A stretch of 63,313 bases of DNA, filler included, from Choristocarpus tenellus KU-1152 (lineage: Eukaryota > Protista > Phaeophyceae), in the NCBI GenBank assembly GCA_964200185.2. It is 7 parts of 7 records of this genome, joined end to end, with 100 filler letters (N's around TTAATTAATTAA, not from the genome) between each part and the next. Parts side by side here need not be neighbours in the genome. Positions count along the whole stretch, not along the records: positions 52,398 to 60,498 come from CAXNAD020005149.1; positions 60,599 to 63,313 come from CAXNAD020025369.1; 5 more parts are not named here. The stretch is one strand, 5' to 3'. The notes beneath the pieces were generated by a model. The model was not told where the DNA came from. It saw nothing but the letters and a program-made list of their open reading frames with translations, and made no database searches. This document shows, piece after piece, positions 53,031-63,313 of the stretch (positions within the stretch are counted from its first letter, which is position 1; every line of letters starts with the position of its first letter). Position numbers and translations under genes: made by a program.

Positions 53031-55268
53031 TGTAGAAAGTTCGGCTTTTTGTACAAATGTGTAACGACTTGCCTGAGTTTTCTGTCGAAAATTTCAAGCA
53101 ATGGAAAAATCGACTCAATCTTAGCGGTTCATCCAAAGAAATAAGGGTTAATTGCAAAAGATCATTAAATCAGTGCCTAAGATTGCATAACAGTAAAAAC
53201 CTGGGTAGCTCTAATTTGCTTTGACTCTATAACCATTTAGAAATGTTTCAACGTACTGAATGGAATAAAAGCATGTTGTGCTTGTGAAGGGTACACAGTT
53301 AAAAAGCTGCCTGGTAGCCCTATCTATGTGAAACGAAGGATTTTTACATGCAATCATCTGTGTGATCTTCTCCGTTATTAGACGGACCATCTCCTTTAAT
53401 GCCAACTGAGGAAGAATAGTAAACCTCATGTCTTGCTCCACAAAGACAAGAAAATATGGAACTGGAGAGGTGTGAAGGGGCAAACACGGTAGATGGAAAC
53501 CCAGAGTCTTCCAAGGCTTCACGCACATCCAAAATGATGAGGAAATGGAGCTACTGTGAATGTGGTTGGGGTCTCATAAGAAGCAGGGCTCAATGCACTG
53601 AGGGTCTACCGTGGCTCAAGACAGAAGCACAAAATAACTAACCAAGCTTTGTCAACTGTACTACCGAACACTAGAAGAATATATTGTCGGTAAGGGAATC
53701 AATTCAGTTTGACCGTCACAATTCACAAACTAATTACCCTAGTTCTTCTGTGAGGTCTTTTCCTCACACCCACGATCATGATGTCCGTGGATATTGTTGC
53801 TGATACACTATAGACACCACCAGTGGAGTAGGTAATAGGACCAGGAGTCAGCGATAGATGCATGTATTGACTAAGTAGTGTCCATTGATTTGTGTCATCT
53901 TCTAGGTACGCTTGCTATACTTAAGAAAGTAAATAAGTGATTCATAGTAATTAGTCTGGCCGATTGCAAAATTTACACTATAAGAAGAATAGCAATGGGT
54001 GCCACCAATTGTGAGGACTACAAGTTCAGTCAGTGGAATTGAGACCACAAGCCCCTATTAACACAAACATTATATATTCATACCAAGCTACTTATTGTCC
54101 TCTAGTACGGCATACGGTTTATCATCTTAACTGTGGGTCCAGCGTGGAACATTTCAACACGTGATACTTCACCCAGCCTTGCTTTTGCCACAACATTACC
54201 ACCTGTCATTAATACTTCTATAAACCCCCCTCTTGGCTGGACCGACCCTTCTCAGGATAATGAATGATACTACGATATCCAGGGGAATGGGCAAGAGCAT
54301 TAGTTCTCTCTTTCATTATGGACTAATCCCACCTATTTGCCTTGTACCCTTATGCTTAACTGTTCAAGTTGTGGCACCATGACCACGACTATAACATTGA
54401 ATATAACATTGCTGCGTACCGTGTGAATCTCACGACCGGGTTTAAGCTATCATGTTCCTACAGATTAATTATTCTGGAAGGTGCGGTATTTCTATAACCA
54501 ACCCAGTGTACGCAGGAAAACACTATGGTCAGCACTCCATCCACACCAATCCAGAATCGTGGGACAAGTTCACGTGATTGAGCTCACATGTAAGCTTTCA
54601 GGTACTGCTGCGTCTTGTTCTAGGCGTGCCCTCTCATTACCGGTGATAGAGGTTGGCACGGAATGAAACTTCTAATTGCCTATCATCGTAGTTGAAATCA
54701 GAATGTTCAAAACCATCCCCAAATTATTTCTTGGTCATTTTGTCTCCATGTCGATCAGCTCCTTGTCTCCATGTATGAGGGCGATTTTCTTGTGCAAGGA
54801 ATACCGTTAAGATCTCAAGTTTCTGAAAAAAAAAAGAGGTTACTATGTTCATAACATACTCACGCATCAATCTCCCAATCCAGCATCATTAACTGATTGT
54901 GCTCTCTTTGACTTATAAGAACCTGAATGTTATGTCGATCAGCTCCTTGTCTCCTTATGGATACACTTCTTCTGCTAATTCCCCCACCGCTCAGTCTAGT
55001 GTGAGTCACTGATCATCTCTCAAACTCCCCTCTACCACAACTACAGTGTGTTACTACCTATATCCAATGTAAGTCCCCATTGCTACCTCTCTAAAATCTC
55101 CATCTCCTCAAAATCATAGATTCTTCCACCTCGTTGAAGCTAAAGGGTCAGTAACAACCAACAAGATGAATTGGTGCCGGTTTTATTGGGGATGTGGCAT
55201 AACTGTCCAAGAAACCGTTGGACAGGATCTTGAGCGCACGTTGGGAAACAAAGAAAATTATATTTGTA

Positions 55269-55291
55269 AACCCTAACCCTAACCCTAACCC
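55269..55291. repeat. Interstitial telomeric repeat (AACCCT)3-4
   Basis: AACCCTAACCCTAACCCTAACCC. Confidence 0.88.
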
Positions 55292-56328
55292 ACGACCTCA
55301 AAAGCATGTTCAAAAAATGACATGTTTCGGATTAAAGTAACATTTTAACAAAGCCCAGACCTCCTAAAGAGAGAAAAAAAAGTAGAGACAAAAATGAACA
55401 CAAATCCTGTCAATGAGTATCTACACCCATGCTTACTTGTACAAGATAATTTCATCCCTAAAACCTTGTAAGAACAGTTCAATCTAAAACCTAACAGGAG
55501 CGACATTCTGCGATAAATAAAGATAATGTAGAGCACCTGTGGTTATATATTCCCTCTTCTCATTACATCTTTCGGGCATCAAAAACCCGGATCCATACAC
55601 AAAACAAATATTTCCTTATCAGCGACACAAAATGCAACCTCTACAAGGAAATAAATAGAACTGACACTCATAACTATATTCTCCTTCTGTCCCGTGGTAG
55701 AAGCTCAAGAAAGGTTAAAGTACATGCAAAGGTGTGTGATTCCTTATCTTATCATATCTTTTATTGTACAAGAGGTCTATCCCCACAAACTGCCAGCTAC
55801 AGGCCACAGCTGCTTACCTGTAGAGAACAATACATCAGAGGCCAAGGGTAGAGCAAAGCACACAGAAAAAGATCGATCATGTAAGGAAGGAGTAATGCGT
55901 AAGGTAAACAAGTGATTGTGCTCATAACTGTGCCCCCAAAGGTCAGAGACCTTGAAAACACATTTATCACAAAATGCAGGTATGTGTGCACCCGCTATTT
56001 TTGCACAGACTGAATTTCCTAGCACGACATCAATGTAAGACTTCAAGCCGATTAATCAAGAAGAAGAAGCTTGCACAACCTCCTCACCAAAGATACATGC
56101 TTCCACAGGATCGACATACATGTAAGATATACTCTGCAGACAGAGAGCACTGAACACGGTAATACTTGAGCCCTAGTCAGCAAAGACAGAAAATAATCTT
56201 CCAGATCGCTTTCTATTGTGCAGGTATCCCTACATTGTACTGGTACAAAACTGACAAGAAAGAAAACCCAGCAAAAGGAACTTTTCACCAACACATACTC
56301 AAGTAATGCCCTTGATTGTTGTTTCTCC

Positions 56329-58162
56329 CTAGACTTGCCTCCTCAATTTCCTTATTGATAAGAATCCCACCATTCCAACAAGTGCAACGGCCGCAACCCC
56401 ACCCACAATCACACCCCCCAATGCAACATTGCTGAGTCCATTCTTTCCACTTTCGCCGTTGGTTGATGCAGCGTTCTCAAGTCCATCTGAGCATGTAACT
56501 TGAACCTCAGCTGTCATGGCACAAGTTTCACACTCAACGAAGACCCATTCACTGGTTTGTAGTGGTCATTGGGGAAGGACGAAGGGGGGCAGGCAAAGCA
56601 ACAATGTTCAATAATGCACAAAGTTAGGGGCAGGTAGTACATGGTAGTATATATGGGAGTTGGGCACTGAGTAATCAGTTCTCAAAGGGAGAGGGAGAAT
56701 AGAAAAAGAGATTCACCACTGGGAAAAACATGATATCATGACATAGCCCACTGTTCCCCCCATCCACATTGATATACTCACCTTGTGATGTCTACAGGGT
56801 GTGCCTCACAATCAAATGTTGCATCTGGTCATTGAGATCGGGGATTGAGAAATGGAGAGGGGTTGGGAATGGAATGGGTCAGCATACTCCGAAGGGCAGG
56901 ATATGCAAAAGCACGTCTATCACAAGGCGTCTAGGGAGACCATTTTATCTTCATGATATATATATATATATATTTTTTTCTAATTCAAAAGCAACTTAGG
57001 CGGGGTTTGCCACCGCAGACTGTATATTGTGCACCTACAATATGATGAACGGTCATCATAGACTGGTGAAATGTAGAACGGCAGAGGTGTATAGTATAAA
57101 CGGACTTCCAGACCAAAGATGCCCTAAGCAGGTAAATGGGGGGAATTGAGACTGTGCAAGCTCCCTACCTGTGTTTCCACATGCATTAAAAAGTGCGAAA
57201 TGTGTGAGACAGTACCATAGCGACATTAGTGTACTGTAACGGGTGGAGACATTTTAGAGAGCCAGAGAGTAATTTTCTAGTCATCAGTAATCACAAATCT
57301 AGTAGTACCCCAGAGTGTGTCGGTTGACCTTGAGTTAAAAATCACCAATACTTGTGTTCTTTGGTACCTTCACTCTCCAGAACCCCTGTTGTCTCAAGCT
57401 AGTCATTGCGCGTGAGGGAGACTACTATGAGCAGAATTCCATTATCCCCGCATGACTTCATACTACACTACGACGATCAGAACCCCATCAACTTACAGAA
57501 GGGAAAGCCATTCGACATCGAAGCTTCGTCCGCTAGCACCCAGAGTTGAGAGTCACAAGGCTCTTCGTCTGCCAGCATTCTTTGTTGACCATTCCCCTTC
57601 AGCCCTGAGTTTGCATTTGTTCCTCGCAATACTCCCCACTGACTTTCTATGAGCTTCCGGCGTCCATTCCCTAACAAAAAGAGGTGGCACGCAATTAGAA
57701 GGGTGAAAGTTGTGACAAGACAAGCAAAGTATCGTGTTCGTTCGGGACTAAACATGTCGGGTGTATGACCGGCGCAACATCAATTCGCTTACCAAATGGT
57801 ATTGGTTGGAGCAAGGAAGTTTCCCCGCTAGAGAATGAGCTCACCAAGCCATCCACTATAGTGTAAGTTCCAGGGTATCCTCCAGCAACCACTACTTCCG
57901 AGCACGTTTCTGTTGAAACAGATAGGAGAAAGATGATTGGACGGCACCACACAACAAAAATGTTAGTTGTGTTGGTTTGAGGGTTAATATTATGATATCA
58001 CCCCCAAAACTTCCCACTCGATGACTGACTGGAGAAACGATTTCAAGGTATGATCCCTCTGTTCCTGCAACATGACGAGGAAGTCAAGTACTCACCAACT
58101 GCGCCCACCCATCGGAGAATCCACCCTAGAAGGAAACTCGTCAACGCAATCTCGCGATTCAT
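56329..58162 (-). CDS. Complete 199-aa type I membrane protein: signal peptide, small Cys-containing ectodomain, one TM helix, basic tail
   Basis: Exons 58162-58096, 57909-57793, 57646-57497, 56824-56782 and 56551-56329 total 600 nt with all phases matching. Sequence MNREIALTSFLLGWILRWVGAV...FDCEAHPVDITSEWVFVECETC...VALGGVIVGGVAAVALVGMVGFLSIRKLRRQV*. Confidence 0.75.
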
Positions 58163-58703
58163 GGCGTGTGTGGGAAGGTTCCTAGTAGGCAAGGAGGTTT
58201 GTGACCGTTGTACTCCACAAAGCCACCTTGTCAATATGATGATGAGAGGAACAACACATTAGGAGTGATGTTCAAGTTCTGGGTGGATAGTGTATTTCTT
58301 GAATCTTGAACTCTATAATTTTGTCAACTGATATTCCGCCTTAACGTCAAAGCCCATCATATTTATTGTTGATTTGACGAAACATAGGAAAATTCCATAA
58401 AAACTGGAAATATTTATTATAGTTTCTTCGACTATCTACCTCTCTTATAGTTTCGATTGTAGAGTCTGTACAACATAAATTTTTGAAAGGAGTTTAGAGA
58501 TTCGTCGAACCCTAGAAATTAAAACCCCTTCACCCCAACTCAAACTTAAATTACCCCGATTACTAGAAACGATTGAATGTATCTTCACTCCAATATCATA
58601 GAATGCCTTTCAAAACAGTGTTGCATGTTCCCTCAAATAGGAACTTTACAGAAACACCTAGGACACCTGTAAGGCTTGGGAGGTCGAGTGGTGAGGTCAC
58701 AAC

Positions 58704-60255
58704 ATGAAAACTATTGGACGATGTTCATGGATATCGAGGCTAGCCGCGGGTTCGGCTTTATCATTGGTCTTCTGGAGGCCAACACCCTTGTTAGCTGATA
58801 GTGCACTGGATGCCTCTATCGATGCTGCTATAGGTGAGGGTTGGGCTTTGGTAGGTAGGTCATGGAACTATCTTCTTCTGAGCGAGGGAAAATTCGCTCT
58901 TCTGGCCTTCGACTCTGGCGTAATGTCATATCATATGACGTTTCTAGTGTGTATCTAATTGGGCAGGAGGTGTGTTGTGTTGCAGACCTCACCTGTTCTT
59001 GATCCCCCAGCAAACCCCACTCATTGGATGGAGGAACCCTTGCATATCCTTTCTCGACATGGATATGTAGAGATTTATCTCCAAGATTTGACAGTAGAGG
59101 CGAGGATGACATTTTATGGGTGCGTTGACTGTGCAATTACAGGCACACCTTTGGTTTGCTGCTAGGAATAAGCTTTCGACAAGAGCATGTACTCGTTGTA
59201 GGACACGTATTGGGAAATATGAAAGGCAGTGTATGACTGCACGTACTTTATACTCTAATGGCGAAATGGCGAAAAAGGGGTGGGAAAGAGGCCTCAATCT
59301 CTGACCAAATGTTTAATGTACCCTTGTTAATGGACATTTGCAGACTTTTGTGTTTTGCTCCTAACCTCGCTACTGTCGACTGTGCGTCTCAAGGCAAACA
59401 CTCAAGTCTAACATGCCGACATGAAGAAAGTTCCTTTACTTGCGCAAAATTGGCCTTCCTTACACACACACGACCACTGAATATTTTCTTATCCCTTTTC
59501 TCTGTTGCTGGACACCATCCCCTGGTAGTATTTGCTGGCGCCCAGTTGGAGATACTGGCAAATGATGTCCTCGGCTATGACAACTCTGTTTTTACTGATT
59601 ATACGGACGAATCTGGCGTTTGGATAACTGAGGGGAAGGACCGCACTGTGTGGACAAGGTGCGTACTATATCCTGCCATCCACACTTGAGGAAAATTGAT
59701 ATCCCCCAGCCTTGGGGATGAGGGCATCGTATTTTTGAAATAGAAATATCGTTGGCAATCAATGGTGTTGGTCCCTACAATCACCCAACTCTAATCAGCA
59801 TGGAAGGGAGGTGCTGTGATGAGCTCAGGTACAGTGGCGAGGTAATTGTTGGTCTGAGAAGTCATTAGTTTAGCCGAGTCAACAGACAGCTAGTTTCAAG
59901 AAGAAAATTGCATACTCCGGACTGACCTCAATATTGTGCTGCTCTGAATCGATGCAGAAAAACGATAGGTTGATCAGTTACTACAGTAAGCATACCTTGA
60001 CTCATTTTTCTCAATGGAATGCCTCTTCCGTACTCTTGACTCTACCTGCGATGATTCTCCTCAAGTGTGCTAGGTGGTACTGTTGTGGTAGGAATATTAC
60101 GTAGTATTTTTGTTGAATCTGTCGTGCCTCCCTTTACGCTCCCCTCACTTGTGCTCTAGCCCGTCAAACTTTCTCCTAACCTACAGCATCCTTCCCTGAA
60201 TACATCGCCTTTTCAAAACACATTGATCCAGTGGCATGGTGGCAGGCCTTTTCTG
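58704..60255 (+). CDS. Probable secreted protein, 5' exons; exon model uncertain
   Basis: Signal-peptide-like MKTIGRCSWISRLAAGSALSLVFWRPTPLLA, then AG/GT-bounded blocks at 58986-~59119, ~59546-59658 and ~60187-60255. Phases only partly reconciled. Confidence 0.4.
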
Positions 60256-60476
60256 GTACATGTATGAGGTCACTGGGGTTGCAAAGTGGGAGGTGACTAC
60301 CAAGGCCATGCTTGGGGGAAAGCGTGTGGGGGGGAGTCTTGGGGGTGGTTTGAGGTTGACTGAGGTTTTGCACATGAAGTTGATTAGAGCGTTATGGGTG
60401 GCACTGCTATTCAACCATATTTTCTTGTTCACAAAACAAATGTCTTTTTGTGAAGTTTTGTCTTGTCCTCTCGTTG

Positions 60477-60498
60477 GGGTCAAAGTATCTGGGGGAGA
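60477..60498. mobile_element. MITE family A terminus at contig end
   Basis: GGGTCAAAGTATCTGGGGG. Confidence 0.7.
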
Positions 60499-60867
60499 NN
60501 NNNNNNNNNNNNNNNNNNNNNNNNNNNNNNNNNNNNNNNNNNTTAATTAATTAANNNNNNNNNNNNNNNNNNNNNNNNNNNNNNNNNNNNNNNNNNNNCA
60601 AGCAAGTATTATCAAGGGGTAAATTGATTGCAACAGCACAAGTCATTATTTGGGGGGGGATGTATGGGGGTGGCATACAGAATACCCTCCCACTGATATC
60701 ACTATTAAGGCAATGGCACCTTGATAACACAAACCACCATACATACACACACATCCCCCCTCCACAGAGGCAGCAGAGTTCTTGCTCCACCAAACAACTC
60801 CACCGACCAATAACCCGCCCCATCCGCAACATAGACAGGTTTATTGTCAAATGAAATGCCCCCACAC

Positions 60868-62101
60868 CTCGTAAAAATTGAGAAACCACTCGATGATGGA
60901 CACCGGCGCCACGAGGTCAAGTCCATCTTCACTGGGAAATACCCCAGGCGGGGTGCAGCCAGGAGGAAACAATATCCACTTCTTACGACCAGCAACCACA
61001 CCATTCCATGCACTAGTACAGTTCGGATCCACATGGAAGGACGACCCTGAACGAGCCGGTCCCGCAATAAGCCAGCGGTGGTCCGGGCGCCCCCATCTAC
61101 TGTGGCTCGCCTCAGTACTGTTCTGATCTGCCTTGTCAATGTCCCTCTCGTCACTTACAGCACTAATCTGCTGCTTATTATTGCCCTCCTCCTCCTCCTC
61201 CTCCTCCTCCTCTGTAAGAACCAAAAATAGATCGTCCTGCGCAAAACGCAATATAAAATAATATAAAAATAGATAGTGGGACCACGGTTCAGGGGTCAAG
61301 GTGCGCAGCAGTTCGAGGTACTGCACAACCACGACCTGAAGGATCGGTTCGGGCAATGTTCGACACTACAGCTTGAGAAATGTAGTCAAGGGCGGGTGAA
61401 TGAAACAAACGACATCATCAACAGGAGTTGAACCAAGTCCGACATGCAACTTCAATCTACTACAGGGGCGCAGGCCGGTGTTGCACCTGTGTGTTTGCAG
61501 TGCTGAACTGAACCATGTGTTCTATTGCACGATTTGGACTGACTCCAAAGCATATATACACATGAATGCAGTCCTAGAACCCGGGGGTTTGGTTGGTGTC
61601 CACACCGAAAGCTAAAACACATCGAACCGTGCAGTGTGCTGTGGAAGGGCAAGACAGTTACAACACAGTTACAACACAGTTAAGACACATCCCACCGTTA
61701 TTACAACGCCCTGGCAACACACCCACCACCTCTCTAATGTCTTCTGGTTTTCCAAAACCCTAACCCTAACCCTAACCCATCCGCCTACAGTCAGAAGCTT
61801 AACCCAGTAACAATGCCACAACAACAAATCAGACACAAAATTTATTTCTTTTTCGAGATCGAAACAAGAAAAAGCAATAGCTGCTCAACAAACAAAAACA
61901 CAACACACACACACACAACACACACCTAACCCACACAAGCAGCGGACATTAACCTACTCCCAACTAATAGGGTGCACTCACAGGAAAGACTGCAGGTACA
62001 TTGTAGGCCTCGCCGAGGGCAGGGCACTTGTCAGCAAAGCGCTTGTCGAACACATAGAGTGGGAGCTCCTCTTGAGACTCCTCTGCATACTGCACATAGT
62101 C
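60868..62101 (-). CDS. JmjC-domain 2-oxoglutarate/Fe(II) dioxygenase, JMJD6-type subfamily, two internal exons
   Basis: Exons 62101-61982 (DYVQYAEESQEELPLYVFDKRF...YNVPAVFP) and 61236-60868 (DDLF...RPDHRWLIAGPARSGSSFHVDPNCTSAWNGVVAGRKKWILFPP...EWFLNFYE). The HxD iron-binding motif is intact. Confidence 0.9.
61756..61778. repeat. Interstitial telomeric repeat (AACCCT)3-4 in a JmjC intron
   Basis: AACCCTAACCCTAACCCTAACCC. Confidence 0.88.
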
Positions 62102-62703
62102 CTGAATCACAACTCAGACATTTATGGGGACATTGTTGGGGGATCGTTAAAAAAAAAACCCATCAGCACACACGCCTTCCACATATAGACACAAAAGGAT
62201 TCTGTAGTAGTAGTGCTTCCGTGAGTTCTTTCCTTTCAGCAATCCTCAATCGGAATGTGATTTATTTATTTTTCAATCGGAACATGTCCAACAAACTCAA
62301 GAAATAGTGTTCAAATATACTGGAATGACACTAAAGCACCCCTCGCACAGTACCAGAAAATAACCATTGCAGTGTGACAAATTCAGTACATTAAATAGGG
62401 AATCAGGTTCGTAGGCGGTAGGGTATGATGAACAACAAAATAACTACTGACACTATCTATAGAATTATTAGCACAGTTTGGGGGTAAAAGTACATCGACA
62501 GCATCGCGCTGTTCTACCAACTGCTATATCCCGTAGTGAATGAAGAAGTATCCCCAGTCTGCTTCTCATTGAAAGTGAACATTATTCACGTATCACAGTC
62601 TATAATGCCATGAGCGGCATAAGGTAGCGACCCCCCCCCCCCTCCTCTGATTTGTTACACCCTTTTGCAAAAAAAAGAGAAGAAAATATCATTAAACAAG
62701 CCT

Positions 62704-62840
62704 TCTTAGGTGGATATGAAATACACTACATGTATGCAATGCTTGTGTGAATTCCCAATGAGGGAGGGGCAAGACCTCTTAGGTGGATATGAAATACACT
62801 ACGTGTATGTAATGCTCGTGTGAGTTATCAATGAGGGAGG
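62704..62840. repeat. Diverged ~73-bp tandem duplication
   Basis: TCTTAGGTGGATATGAAATACACTAC...CAATGAGGGAGG occurs twice. Confidence 0.85.
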
Positions 62841-63290
62841 TACAACGTACCTCAAACAAATCCGGTCATTTTGGAACCTGATGTAAAGGAGAAAAAAACA
62901 ATAATATCATAAAAACCCCTGTAAAAGTAACAGTTGTCGTAAACGCAAAATATATCCTTCTATCAATATCCTTCTATCAATATCCTTCTTACTATTTGAC
63001 TACCAGGTCGACCATCCTCTTGTAGTGATACCTTACTGATTGGTGCTTGACAGCCATGAACATTCTTGAATTTGAATTTTTTGAATTTGAATTTTGATCC
63101 TCTCTTGCAGTTGATTCAATGTTTCTACCCACGGTATCAAATCGGGATATTGGATCGGGATAATCTGCACGTAACATACAGTCATTCGTCGTTCTAGGGT
63201 TCTGGCAAGAGTAGAGTCAGCAGAAAATAAAAATAATGAACTGCAGGAAAATGGGATGGGACAAGGGCAGCACAGCTCCACCTTGGGCAG

Positions 63291-63313
63291 GGGTCAAAGT
63301 ATCTGGGGGGGGG
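63291..63313. mobile_element. MITE family A terminus at window end
   Basis: GGGTCAAAGTATCTGGGGGGGGG. Confidence 0.72.

Noticed and set aside
59000-59002. Possible selenocysteine TGA in DLTCS*SP
   Set aside because: An alternative donor (TTG|GTAGGT) gives an open frame through this exon, and no SECIS could be identified.

Overview
This is eukaryotic nuclear DNA: GT-AG introns of hundreds of bp to several kb, (TTAGGG)n motifs and a ciliary gene. It best fits a brown alga or close ochrophyte relative (inference). Six artificial 100-nt spacers (N44-TTAATTAATTAA-N44) join seven contigs, so linkage across them is unproven. Intact coding sequence: the 3' part of C2CD5 (+), the middle of CC2D2A (-), two exons of a JMJD6-type JmjC dioxygenase (-), a Sen1/senataxin-like helicase fragment (+) and a complete 5-exon, 199-aa single-pass membrane protein (-). 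Several other spliced genes are degenerate, with stops that are mostly in-frame TGA, as expected from CGA>TGA CpG decay. Transposon remnants include mariner, hAT, Copia, DIRS-like, LINE and an RLE-type non-LTR element. About 18 copies of two related MITE families share a G(A/G)(C/G)TCAAAGTATCT-like terminus and have 3- or 4-bp target-site duplications (TSDs). The most unusual signal is dense interstitial telomeric repeats. Two independent insertions in perfect telomeric register sit at the same TTAG^AGGG position of the MITE terminal repeat, and one in-frame tract lies inside a C2CD5 exon. This suggests telomerase-templated patching of internal DNA breaks. Exon models and family calls were made by eye, without database searches.
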